From IMG/VR virus record IMGVR_UViG_3300027513_000017, positions 1 to 58,289 of that record: a stretch of DNA of 58,289 bases, one strand, 5' to 3'. Below, piece after piece: positions 17,379 to 25,965 of this stretch (the stretch's first letter is position 1; every line of letters begins with the position of its first letter). The notes under the pieces were generated by a model, which was not told where the DNA came from, ran no database searches, and saw only the letters and a program-made list of their open reading frames with translations. A program made the translations under genes and the position numbers. Source of the DNA: a virus. Lineage: Duplodnaviria > Caudoviricetes.

Positions 17379-17633
17379 TTAGCGTTTCCAGTAACCGTCT
17401 TTCGTGAGCGAGTCCTTAGCAATGCGAACGTAGCCTTTAGCCTTGTAGCAAGTGGGCTTACTAGTCGGATTGATATGCGTATAGGGTGGTGGCAGGTCAA
17501 CAGGAATATCTAACTTGCTCTCCATCATCGCTGAGGCAAGGTTCCAGCACCGCGTTACACCGAGATTGTTATGTCCGTTATAGAAGTCGTCACGACAGCC
17601 GTGACAGTCTTTGACCGTTGCCTTGTTAGTCAT
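17379..17633 (-). CDS. Hypothetical protein
   Basis: CxGCxDDFYNG..CW motif; AAGGA RBS. Confidence 0.6.
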   Translation of the reverse strand: MTNKATVKDCHGCRDDFYNGHNNLGVTRCWNLASAMMESKLDIPVDLPPPYTHINPTSKPTCYKAKGYVRIAKDSLTKDGYWKR

Positions 17634-17638
17634 CTCTG

Positions 17639-18088
17639 CTATTCCTTTTCTGCTTGGGCCAACGCCGGATAAATAGGTTCCGATCTGGCTCCGTAGCCCT
17701 GAGCAACATTGACGCTGTTGGGGTCAATCCACATCAGCGTCTTGAAAGGTAGCAAGCAAAAGCCGTCTCCAATTCCAGCGGCGTTTAATGCGTCTTCAAG
17801 AATCTGATCGGGATGATAGTCAACCCCAATCACGCGTGCGCCGCTTGCCCACATCGGATCATCTTCGCGCCAAGAGTCACCAGAAAACCCGAGTGCGCTA
17901 CTTAACGCGGTTGCTAACTCGGTTTCAAATCGCTCCACTTGTTCGCTAGTCGGACGTTTGAGCATTGAAGCCGTCACTGTGGCGAACGCACTTTGGAAAG
18001 CATCTCCGTTGTCATGTTTCGGTGTATCGCGTAACTGATCGGCCCACCACTTTGCGGCTACCGCAATCTCTGGTTTGATTTCGTTCAT
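17639..18088 (-). CDS. Hypothetical phage protein
   Basis: AAKWWAD..HDNGD...VDYHPD motif; ATGA coupling. Confidence 0.65.
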   Translation of the reverse strand: MNEIKPEIAVAAKWWADQLRDTPKHDNGDAFQSAFATVTASMLKRPTSEQVERFETELATALSSALGFSGDSWREDDPMWASGARVIGVDYHPDQILEDALNAAGIGDGFCLLPFKTLMWIDPNSVNVAQGYGARSEPIYPALAQAEKE

Positions 18089-18294
18089 CGTCTCTCCCTC
18101 ACATTCTCTAACACATCGTCAAAGTTCAGTGCCGCACTCTCAAACCGTCCCATGATGTAAGCAAACCTGACCATTGTTTCTACGTCTTTACCATTGGCTA
18201 GAATGAGTCTCACAGCACGATCTTGGGGTGACTCAGCCTCGGCTAGTGAAGTGACTTGAGCAGGGCATGTTGGCTGCTGTGCTTGGTGGTTCAT
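18085..18294 (-). CDS. Hypothetical protein
   Basis: GAGGAG RBS; ATGA coupling. Confidence 0.5.
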   Translation of the reverse strand: MNHQAQQPTCPAQVTSLAEAESPQDRAVRLILANGKDVETMVRFAYIMGRFESAALNFDDVLENVRERR

Positions 18295-19049
18295 GCGAAT
18301 AACTCCTCGCTTTCTTCCTTCGTGACGCATAGAGCCATCGGGAATGGGAGCGCGTCGATTGCCGCCGACAATTCTTCATCAGGTACGCGATCAAGTAACG
18401 CTCTCGCCGCTCGCAGTACGCGCTCGAATGGTTGTGTCTCGCGGTGCTTGTCTTCCCATTGCAGATCAAAACGGGCATTCTCTTTGCATTCATCGCAAAG
18501 ATGGTTGTCTATTTCTTCGCGCAATCTTCGATACGAATACCACGCGCCCCACAGCGATTGTTCAGCACTCAGAAGTTGTGCGTCTTTAAGTTGTAGTGAT
18601 CCGACGCGGTGTTGATTTATCCGCTCTGGTAACGCCTCAGCATCAAGAATGCGTTTGGTTGCTAACGCTTGCGCGTCTCGCTGGGCATCGTCTTCGCTGG
18701 CATGTAGCATTGACTCGTTCCAGATAGTTCCTGAGCCAACGCCCGTTTCCGCACACATGTAGGTCACAGGGTTGCGAACGTCATCGGTATCTATGCGAAT
18801 ACTGCCAATAGTCAACTTCTCAACGTAAGGCTCCCAAGTTACGCGGTTAAGACTTGGTATTGATGGGCCATAAAGCGATCCGCCCGTACAGCGAGCACAT
18901 GCGTACTCCAATTCGGAGCCCGCAGGAGTGATCACCTTCCAGACTTGCGAGCCTAGACAGTCGGGACACGGGAGGCGTTCCGTTGAACTACTTTCGCGTG
19001 CCGCCCACACTGTTTGACCTTTGGTATATTTTGGTTGGGGAATATTCAT
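18291..19049 (-). CDS. Hypothetical protein with a CxxCxG zinc motif
   Basis: KYxxGQTVW..CPDCLG..CARC..YMCAETGVGSG; GGAGGT RBS. Confidence 0.7.
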   Translation of the reverse strand: MNIPQPKYTKGQTVWAARESSSTERLPCPDCLGSQVWKVITPAGSELEYACARCTGGSLYGPSIPSLNRVTWEPYVEKLTIGSIRIDTDDVRNPVTYMCAETGVGSGTIWNESMLHASEDDAQRDAQALATKRILDAEALPERINQHRVGSLQLKDAQLLSAEQSLWGAWYSYRRLREEIDNHLCDECKENARFDLQWEDKHRETQPFERVLRAARALLDRVPDEELSAAIDALPFPMALCVTKEESEELFA

Positions 19050-19348
19050 ACAACCTCCATCAACATTCGTTCTCTTTTATTCCGCTCGCACGGCTCTGAA
19101 TAACAGTCTTCAACCTCTGCTCTTGAATAGCGCGGCTCACGATCATATTGTCGCTTCCAGTAAGCAGCGGTAGCAGAATATTCCGCCTCGCAGGGATTAC
19201 AGCGATCGCCGTCTTCCGCAACCCGGTTCTGACAATCTGTGTACTCCCAGTTGGCGCACCTGTAACTGTCTTCCTCAATCGCATTACGTTCGCTTTCGAC
19301 TTCTGCAAGCGATCTCAACTGTGCGTGGTGTATCGGTAGTTGGTTCAT
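19046..19348 (-). CDS. Hypothetical Cys-containing protein
   Basis: GGAGGT RBS; ATGA coupling. Confidence 0.55.
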   Translation of the reverse strand: MNQLPIHHAQLRSLAEVESERNAIEEDSYRCANWEYTDCQNRVAEDGDRCNPCEAEYSATAAYWKRQYDREPRYSRAEVEDCYSEPCERNKRERMLMEVV

Positions 19349-19509
19349 GCACACCTCCCGCAAACATAGATCGTCGAGTAATAGCCGACGTTCGGATCAG
19401 AGTCATCAACTGCCCACGTGTTTACGTCTCTCGCTCCGCAGTTCGGGCAGTCGTGGTCTTCCGTCTCTTCGTCCGTCTCTTCAACTTCTGGTTCGTAGGT
19501 GGTTGTCAT
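19345..19509 (-). CDS. Small acidic zinc-ribbon protein (54 aa; absent from the ORF track)
   Basis: MTTTYEPEVEE...CPNCG...CGRCA; AGGAGGT RBS; ATGA overlaps at both ends. Confidence 0.6.
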   Translation of the reverse strand: MTTTYEPEVEETDEETEDHDCPNCGARDVNTWAVDDSDPNVGYYSTIYVCGRCA

Positions 19510-19745
19510 ACGACCTCCTGGTATTCATGTGCGGGCAGCCCGATCTCCGTGAGTCCATACTTCTCAACACCTGCGGCCTCAGCGGTCGGGTATTGCATGG
19601 CCCACTTCTGCCCGAAGTAGCGAACCATTGTTTCGCGGGACGTGTTCACGTCTCCGTCGATGGATACGTACTTACCCGCTAACCGCTCACCCGTTACCGG
19701 ATGCGTCTGCCCAAAACCAAATGTAAATATCCACGTGCTTGTCAT
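19506..19745 (-). CDS. Hypothetical phage protein (first gene of the leftward operon)
   Basis: FTFGFGQ.H...FGQKWAMQY motif. Confidence 0.7.
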   Translation of the reverse strand: MTSTWIFTFGFGQTHPVTGERLAGKYVSIDGDVNTSRETMVRYFGQKWAMQYPTAEAAGVEKYGLTEIGLPAHEYQEVV

Positions 19746-19790
19746 TTTGTTTCGCTCTCCGTTTCGTCCGCGTTGCTGTCAACGGAGCCT

Positions 19791-19820
19791 ATCTTAGCTT
19801 AAGAACCTTAAGGTTGTACA
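19791..19820 (-). promoter_or_regulatory. Leftward early promoter with operator in the spacer
   Basis: Minus strand TGTACA-18 bp-TAAGAT; spacer holds CTTAAG-N3-CTTAAG (19798-19812). Confidence 0.6.
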
Positions 19821-19861
19821 GAACTATTTGAACTATTAAGGAATTATTTTTAGACAACAAG

Positions 19862-19887
19862 AAAACCCGCCAATTTCAGCGGGTTTT
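19862..19887 (-). terminator. Intrinsic terminator after the umuD-like gene (potentially bidirectional)
   Basis: AAAACCCGC-caatttca-GCGGGTTTT perfect stem. Confidence 0.75.
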
Positions 19888-19908
19888 AGCGGTGGGGGTG
19901 GCTTGTCT

Positions 19909-20328
19909 TTACAGTTTGTGGATGGAGTATTTGACGATTCCCCACACGGAAAAGTCTTCATGTTTGGGCGGTGGGTAGGAACTATTAGCCGGAACCAGCC
20001 ACAGAGAACCGCTACAGCAACGGAAGCGTTTCACGGTGAATTGTCCGGCTATCTGAGCAATTACCACGTCCCCGTTCTTAGGTTCAATGTCGCGCTCAAC
20101 GACTAGCAGATCGCCTGGATTGATTCCGGCGTCAATCATGCTCTCACCTTCCACGCGAACCAAGAACGACTTTTCGGGGTGCGGGGTTAAGTGTTCGGAG
20201 AGGTCGATACGGTCTTCAACGTAGTCCTCTGCCGGTGCGGGCGGGCCTGCCGATATTTTCATAGCAAACAATCTTAAACGGATTCGGGGCTTGTCGTCGT
20301 GGGAGTCAACGACGCGGGATACTATCAT
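19909..20328 (-). CDS. umuD: UmuD-like S24 autoproteolytic peptidase (no HTH; no umuC in the genome)
   Basis: ISAG cleavage site, PAEDY, GESM (Ser), GDLLVV, TVKR (Lys), PAN..Y, WG.V. Confidence 0.85.
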   Translation of the reverse strand: MIVSRVVDSHDDKPRIRLRLFAMKISAGPPAPAEDYVEDRIDLSEHLTPHPEKSFLVRVEGESMIDAGINPGDLLVVERDIEPKNGDVVIAQIAGQFTVKRFRCCSGSLWLVPANSSYPPPKHEDFSVWGIVKYSIHKL

Positions 20329-20588
20329 TGCTTTAACTTCTTACGGCGAACCTCTTCTGTTGTTGCTTTGAACACGTCCAGTTTGTTGTCCTTAGTCTTC
20401 GGACGGAGTAGCCCATCACGGCGGAACAACTCCAGTCCGCGCTCTAGCAGCGCACCCGCCACAAAGCTCATTGAGCGTTGATCGCGTTCGGCTATCTGCT
20501 CCAGTTCGGCCTTGATCGAGCTGGGAATCATCACGCCAACCATCGCGTCGCGTTTGGTTTTCTGCATAGCGGGAATGGCTTTTAACAT
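20325..20588 (-). CDS. Ribbon-helix-helix-like DNA-binding protein (repressor position)
   Basis: VGVMIP..IKAELEQIAERDQRSMSFV..LLERGL Arc/CopG-like pattern; ATGA-coupled to umuD. Confidence 0.7.
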   Translation of the reverse strand: MLKAIPAMQKTKRDAMVGVMIPSSIKAELEQIAERDQRSMSFVAGALLERGLELFRRDGLLRPKTKDNKLDVFKATTEEVRRKKLKQ

Positions 20589-20609
20589 CCTAAACCTTCA
20601 CTTTCTACC

Positions 20610-20676
20610 TTTATATGCTTAAGAATCTTCAGGACAAAGAAAGTTGTAGACAAGATTAAGAACCTTAAGGTATAAG
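20610..20676. promoter_or_regulatory. Divergent promoters with two operator copies
   Basis: Rightward TAGACA-18 bp-TATAAG with TTAAGAACCTTAAGG in the spacer (20656-20670); leftward TTGTCC-16 bp-TATAAA with CTTAAGAATCTTCAGG (20618-20633). Confidence 0.6.
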
Positions 20677-20686
20677 TAATGCCGCA

Positions 20687-20884
20687 ATGGGCACACGAAC
20701 AAAAGATCAAACTCAAAGATTGCAGTTAGTCGCTGGTTTTGTCCCGCCTCCGGTGAAGGATTTCATTAAAGAAATCGCTGAGAAGGATGGCCGAACAGAG
20801 TCTCAAGTAGTGCGGCGATTGCTGGAACAATCTCCAGATGTTAAAGCCGAACTGCGGCGCGTTAAAAAGGTTCAAGCGGCTTAA
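20687..20884 (+). CDS. Ribbon-helix-helix-like protein (Cro position)
   Basis: VAGFVPPPVKDFIKEIAEKDGRTESQVVRRLLE; similar to the divergent RHH gene. Confidence 0.7.
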   Translation: MGTRTKDQTQRLQLVAGFVPPPVKDFIKEIAEKDGRTESQVVRRLLEQSPDVKAELRRVKKVQAA

Positions 20885-20924
20885 TCGCCCTTGATTGGTA
20901 ATTTTTGGATTGAAGGGATTCAAA

Positions 20925-21383
20925 ATGTTTCCAGTCTCTGAACTGCCAAAACTGTCAGTCGCTAACCGACATCAATTACCAAACTGCATCGCGGTTTACT
21001 TCGTGCTGTCACCTGAAGGCAACGTGCTTTATGTAGGGCAAACAACCTCTCTGTCATATCGCTGGCGGTATCGACAACACCACGTAATTACAAAGGTTTC
21101 CGATAGTGACCAGATCGCATGGATGGAAGTCGAAGCGGATTCCGCAAAAGCTAAAGAGTCTGAATTTATCCGCATGTTTCGGCCTCCGCTGAACGGGCAG
21201 ATTGGCGACAAGACGGCGCGACTTCCAGACGTTCGATTGACCAGCAGCGAGCTGCGCCAATTGCTGAGAGATGCGGAAATCGTTGGTGAAACTCCGTCTG
21301 ATTTCATTCGCAAGGCTCTTGAGGAGAAGGTCAACAGATTAGCCAGTCGGTGTCCCGAACTTGTTAGAGATGCGGCGAACTAG
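20925..21383 (+). CDS. GIY-YIG nuclease domain fused to a C-terminal RHH-like domain
   Basis: AVYF...LYVGQT..L..RW..HH...E..FI....PPLN, then VRLT..E......A...GETPSDFIRKAL. Confidence 0.7.
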   Translation: MFPVSELPKLSVANRHQLPNCIAVYFVLSPEGNVLYVGQTTSLSYRWRYRQHHVITKVSDSDQIAWMEVEADSAKAKESEFIRMFRPPLNGQIGDKTARLPDVRLTSSELRQLLRDAEIVGETPSDFIRKALEEKVNRLASRCPELVRDAAN

Positions 21384-21557
21384 GCGGGTGTCCAGATTTC
21401 CGTCTCCGCACTAGACGAAAGGCCCGAACCGAATGGACGGCATCTTGGGCCAACTTTTGAAAAATGCAAGTTGTGATTATCTAACGAAAGAATGTGGGAG
21501 CGAGTCTTTGATCGGGGCAAACGATGATTGAAGGCTCGCCCTAAAGGAGAACTAATC

Positions 21558-21779
21558 ATGGGTGTCCTACTCGGAGACGACCCAAAACTTTACAAAGCGC
21601 GAGAGAGTTACCGGCCTAGTCAGTGGTCTTTAAGACCTGAAGATCGGGAACGGATGAAACGCTGGTCAGAGAAGGACTACGAGCCACAGCCTGACCCTAA
21701 AGGCGGGATGCTGATTGTTGGGCTGACGCTGATGTTCGTGGCTGTACTTGGACTTTATCTGCTAGTGAGGGCGATGTGA
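21558..21779 (+). CDS. Small membrane protein
   Basis: AAAGGAG RBS; C-terminal transmembrane helix. Confidence 0.6.
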   Translation: MGVLLGDDPKLYKARESYRPSQWSLRPEDRERMKRWSEKDYEPQPDPKGGMLIVGLTLMFVAVLGLYLLVRAM

Positions 21780-21912
21780 ACAACGGCAAGCGTGAGGACT
21801 TAGTAGGTCTACTAATAGTCGTAATCGCTATCGGGATCATGTGGTGTTTATTCGCTTTAGCGCACTGAGTAGTTAAACCTAAACCTAATTTGACACTTAA
21901 AGGAGAAGCCTA

Positions 21913-22647
21913 ATGAGCACGAAACAGCAAGCGTTACAAACCACGTCACCTCAGCTTCCATCGGATTTAGCGGCGTATGCCAGGATCATTAGTGATGCCG
22001 CTTCCAATCCTGATGTCGATGTAAACAAGCTGGAAAAGCTCCTCGATATGCAGGAGCGGATACTAACCCGAAATGCGGAAATGGCTTTCAATGCCGCGAT
22101 GACGAAAGCACAAAGTGAAGTCAAGCGCATAGCTGCTGATGCTTCCAATCCGCAGACCCGAAGCCGCTACGCTTCTTATGCGGCTCTCGACCGAGTTCTT
22201 CGACCTGTATACACCGAGAACGGATTTGCTCTCAGCTTCAATACCGGCGATTCACCGCCTGACTACGTGCGCGTTGTTTGTGACGTGTCACACGCGGGCG
22301 GCTTTAGTCGGCAGTACCAGATTGATATGCCCGCCGACGGTAAAGGAGCAAAGGGCGGCGACGTAATGACCAAGACCCACGCGGTGGGCGCTGGAATGTC
22401 CTATGGAATGCGCTACTTGTTGAAGATGGTGTTTAACGTTGCTGTGGGAGAAGACGACGTTGACGGAAACGAAACGCAACCACTCATCACCGAGAAGCAG
22501 GCGGCTGACCTCAAGGCGTTAGCGGAAGAAGTGAAAGCTGACATTCCAAAATTCTGCGCGTATTTCAAAGTAGAAAAGCTGGCTGATATTCCGGCTGGAA
22601 AATATATCAGTGCGGTGACTGCGCTACAGAGAAAGAGAGAGAAGTAA
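21913..22647 (+). CDS. erf: ERF-family single-strand annealing protein
   Basis: KLEKLLDMQER..AFNAAM..Q..YA....RP...GF..F...H..G....GMSYGMRY...EDDVDG; precedes exonuclease and SSB. Confidence 0.85.
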   Translation: MSTKQQALQTTSPQLPSDLAAYARIISDAASNPDVDVNKLEKLLDMQERILTRNAEMAFNAAMTKAQSEVKRIAADASNPQTRSRYASYAALDRVLRPVYTENGFALSFNTGDSPPDYVRVVCDVSHAGGFSRQYQIDMPADGKGAKGGDVMTKTHAVGAGMSYGMRYLLKMVFNVAVGEDDVDGNETQPLITEKQAADLKALAEEVKADIPKFCAYFKVEKLADIPAGKYISAVTALQRKREK

Positions 22648-23276
22648 TGGAGCAACGATCTGCGGAATGGTACGCGGCACGGTGCGGCAACGTAACGGCT
22701 TCTCGAATCTCTGATGTTATCGCTCGCACAAAAACAGGTTGGGGCGCGTCCAGGCACAATTACATGGCCCAACTCGTTACCGAAAGGCTGACGGGCGCTC
22801 CCAGTGAGGGCTACGTCAGCAAGCCGATGCAGTGGGGCATAGATACCGAGCCTGAGGCGCGAGCGGCTTACGAGTTTTACGCAGGGGTAACGGTTGATGA
22901 AGTTGGATTTATCGTGCATCCGCGACTCGCTCAGTGTGGCGCATCGCCGGACGGTCATGTTGGCGCAGAAGGTTCCACGGAGATGAAATGCCCCAACACC
23001 GCGACACATATCGAACTTCTACTCTCAGGGATTATCGACAGTAACTACCTGAATCAAATGCAATTCCAAATGGCCTGTAGTGGGCGTAAGTGGTGTGACT
23101 TTGTTTCTTACGATCCACGAATGCCAGAAGAGTTGAAGTTATTCGTTCGCAGGGTCTATCGAGACGATAACTGCATAACCAAACTTGAAGACGCTGCCGT
23201 GGAATTTCTCGAGGAAGTAGATACGAAGGTTAAGCAGTTACTCAACTTGAAACTGTCACTACCGGAGGCCGCATGA
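22647..23276 (+). CDS. YqaJ/lambda-exonuclease family recombination nuclease
   Basis: QRSAEW..AR.G..TAS, MQWG...EP.AR..Y, ASPDG, E.KCP, Q.QFQM, WCDFVSYDPR. Confidence 0.9.
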   Translation: MEQRSAEWYAARCGNVTASRISDVIARTKTGWGASRHNYMAQLVTERLTGAPSEGYVSKPMQWGIDTEPEARAAYEFYAGVTVDEVGFIVHPRLAQCGASPDGHVGAEGSTEMKCPNTATHIELLLSGIIDSNYLNQMQFQMACSGRKWCDFVSYDPRMPEELKLFVRRVYRDDNCITKLEDAAVEFLEEVDTKVKQLLNLKLSLPEAA

Positions 23277-23686
23277 GCTTCAACAAAATCATTCTCGTTG
23301 GAAACCTCGGGCGCGATCCTGAATTGCGATACACAGGCAGTGGCACTCCAGTGTGTTCCTTCAGTGTCGCAACAACCGAAAAGCGGAAAGATGCCAGCGG
23401 GCAGTACACCGAAGAGACGACGTGGTTCCGCGTGACCGCGTGGCAAAAGATGGCCGAGACTGCCAGCCAGTATTTACAGAAGGGTCGTCAGGTTTATATC
23501 GAGGGACGATTGAGATCCGACAGTTACACCGATCGTGATGGCAAGGAACGTTACAACCTTGAGGTGACGGCTACTGATATGAAGTTTATCGGCGGCAATC
23601 AAAACGAGCACAGAGAGAGTCCTGTCACTGGCGGCCACAAACAGGAACCTAATCACGAACTATCAGACGAAGACGTGCCTTTTTAG
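23273..23686 (+). CDS. ssb: Single-stranded DNA-binding protein
   Basis: NKIILVGNLGRDPELRYT, KGRQVYIEGRL, acidic DEDVPF tail. Confidence 0.95.
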   Translation: MSFNKIILVGNLGRDPELRYTGSGTPVCSFSVATTEKRKDASGQYTEETTWFRVTAWQKMAETASQYLQKGRQVYIEGRLRSDSYTDRDGKERYNLEVTATDMKFIGGNQNEHRESPVTGGHKQEPNHELSDEDVPF

Positions 23687-23689
23687 CCC

Positions 23690-24376
23690 ATGCAAATCAA
23701 TCGCTGCTTAATCATCGACACCGAAACATCTGGCTTGGAAGAGTCAGCGGCTGTAATCGAGGTCGGCGCCATTCTCTACTCAGTAACGAATCGTTGTTCG
23801 ATTCAGGAACTTTCAACCCTATTACCAGCGGAGACGAACGAAGCCGAGTCGATCAATCGGATCAAGCCATCGGCACTTCAGGAGTTAATCGACGTTGGCG
23901 CTGGCTACTTACTCGAATCTCTCTACACGATGAGCAAGAAGGCAGATGTCTACGTTGCTCATAACGCTGAGTTTGACAGAAAGAAGATTCAGAACAACCC
24001 GACGTTCGTACCGATCGCGAATCTGCCCTGGGTTGACACGATGGATATGAAATGGCCGCAAGCAACACGAGAGCAAGGCTCACTAATCAATCTCGCGTTA
24101 GACCACGGTATCGGCGTAGCGAGCGCGCACAGAGCCTTAACCGACTGTCGGCTGATCGCTTCCCTCTTCGACCGCATGGAAGACTTACAGGGAATGTTCG
24201 CAATCGCGATGAGACCTAAGGGCGTCTTTCAAGCATTGGTGTCCTACGACGACCGCGAGCAGGCAAAGCAAGCGGGTTTTAAGTGGGACGGGACCGCGAA
24301 GACCTGGACGCGACGAATGGCAATCGAAGACGCCACAGCGTTGACGTTCAAAGTCAGACAGTTAGAAGCGGCTTAG
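23690..24376 (+). CDS. DEDDh 3'-5' exonuclease (DnaQ-like)
   Basis: IDTETSGL, AHNAEFD, DT, HRALTD; C-terminal AKQAGFKWD...W domain. Confidence 0.85.
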   Translation: MQINRCLIIDTETSGLEESAAVIEVGAILYSVTNRCSIQELSTLLPAETNEAESINRIKPSALQELIDVGAGYLLESLYTMSKKADVYVAHNAEFDRKKIQNNPTFVPIANLPWVDTMDMKWPQATREQGSLINLALDHGIGVASAHRALTDCRLIASLFDRMEDLQGMFAIAMRPKGVFQALVSYDDREQAKQAGFKWDGTAKTWTRRMAIEDATALTFKVRQLEAA

Positions 24377-24576
24377 TTCTTTTCACATTCAGGACGGGGT
24401 TATTCCTTTCCCCTATTCCCTGAAACGAGGCGTGTATCAATGATCGCGAGTCTCGGTATGCGCCTCTCTAAATCTCTAGGTCGTAAGGGGATGAGGTAAC
24501 GACCGGAGCGGCAAGGGAAGGCTCGACCCGATCCAATTGGGAATCTTCCCTTCCGTCACATTCTTGAAAGGTAAAC

Positions 24577-24804
24577 ATGGCGAAGAAATCAACCAAGCGT
24601 GACGTGATTCTTACTGATGCCCGAATACGACTAGAGAACGCGAAGACGAATCTAGCAGAGCAGCAACGTCTCTTATTGGCCGCTGAGTTAGTAGTCCAGG
24701 CGCATCAGGAATCTTATGACGCCCTAGAGCGTTCGTTGGCTGCTACTCCACGAAAGAAAGCAGTCAAGAAAGATCAGCCTACGCTAGTGAAGGACGTAGC
24801 GTGA
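24577..24804 (+). CDS. Hypothetical coiled-coil protein
   Basis: GAAAGGT RBS. Confidence 0.6.
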   Translation: MAKKSTKRDVILTDARIRLENAKTNLAEQQRLLLAAELVVQAHQESYDALERSLAATPRKKAVKKDQPTLVKDVA

Positions 24805-24839
24805 AAAGGTTGAATCAAATCACTGATTCTGTAGTAAGA

Positions 24840-25320
24840 TTATCCCGTTCTTTGAGAATGCTGCTAGACCCAGCACCGACTCACACCAACAGCGACTTTT
24901 CACAGTCGCGTTACGTTGCTTTTCTGACTTGTTGGCGGGTCGGTTTAGCGGTCTAACGTGCGCGACTTTGAAAGGTCGTTTTCGTTTTAGCGGCGACTTA
25001 AAAGAATAGGGCTGTGAGAATTGACCCCTAAGTCACAAAACTCACAGCCCAAAATACATCGGCTTGTTGAGGGTAACTTTACCATGTTTAAGCGTTCATC
25101 CACAACCTTGAGTGCGCGAGAAAATCAAGGTTCCTCGACAAGCAACTGTACGGGCAAACGGAAACCAGGCAACGGTGCAGTAGTTGATCTGCAAAGCGGG
25201 CTACGTCCTGGTCCTTAATCTGAGACTGGTTTATTCCAGACCCTACTAAGTTTGCTGCTGACGGTTACACGGTAAAGCCGAACCTGAGTCCCTCTCAGAA
25301 GGGAAGCCCTGTGTCTGAAA
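24840..25320 (+). ncRNA. Candidate large structured RNA / origin region
   Basis: Dense long stems 24891-24910/24961-24980, 25009-25018/25041-25050, 25062-25072/25133-25143, 25104-25111/25125-25132, plus short hairpins to about 25310. Confidence 0.4.
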
Positions 25321-25321
25321 T

Positions 25322-25582
25322 ATGATTTTCTTCACCGTAGCAAGAGCCAGATTCGAGACAGGAGAAGCATGTTGCCTCTGTTTGAAGTTCATCAACCCAG
25401 GTCAATCGTATGTGAGAACGGAATCGAGAACAGCGCATTACAAGTGCGCGAAGAACAAAGGGTGGCGCAGACGGTCACGAGCCAAGCCGAAACCGAAGCC
25501 GCAAGAGATTCGAGAGCAGTCGAGCAAGGTGTTAAAGGTCGTCAGAAGCGGCGAAGTAATCAAGCGGATTCCGCCGCCGTAA
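25322..25582 (+). CDS. Small zinc-finger protein
   Basis: CxxC...I.PG..Y......HxxC; basic tail. Confidence 0.55.
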   Translation: MIFFTVARARFETGEACCLCLKFINPGQSYVRTESRTAHYKCAKNKGWRRRSRAKPKPKPQEIREQSSKVLKVVRSGEVIKRIPPP

Positions 25583-25965
25583 AGGTGTGGCGCGAGACTT
25601 TCAAACTGAACTTAAAACTCGGATTCAAAATCGACATAGATGTCACTGTCACGAACTTGGACGCATGGCGATCATTACTAAACGAGTGGAAAGAAAAGAA
25701 GTGGAATCCTCTGAGTATCAAGGAGCAATTAAGTGAGTACGAACGTAGACAGTCGAACAGCTACACCAGAAGCGTTCAGCAACCTCCTCAGCGGAGAACG
25801 AATGCGGAAAATAATCCAGATGGGCTACCCGAACGGCGGGACTCTCGAGTGTCCGTTTTGCGGCAAAGGGAAAGAGTTGACGCTAGAACAGGTGGTCAAA
25901 CTCTTGACGACATCTTGGCCCAAGCTTTGTCGAGAGTGTCAAAAACCGGCTGACTTGAAAACGAA

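Noticed and set aside
20325-20340. Programmed frameshift fusing the RHH and UmuD-like genes into one repressor
   Set aside because: The junction is an ordinary ATGA overlap with no canonical slippery heptamer; a sequencing indel cannot be excluded without reads
22413-23009. 198-aa minus-strand ORF
   Set aside because: Antisense to the ERF and YqaJ genes; no motif or RBS
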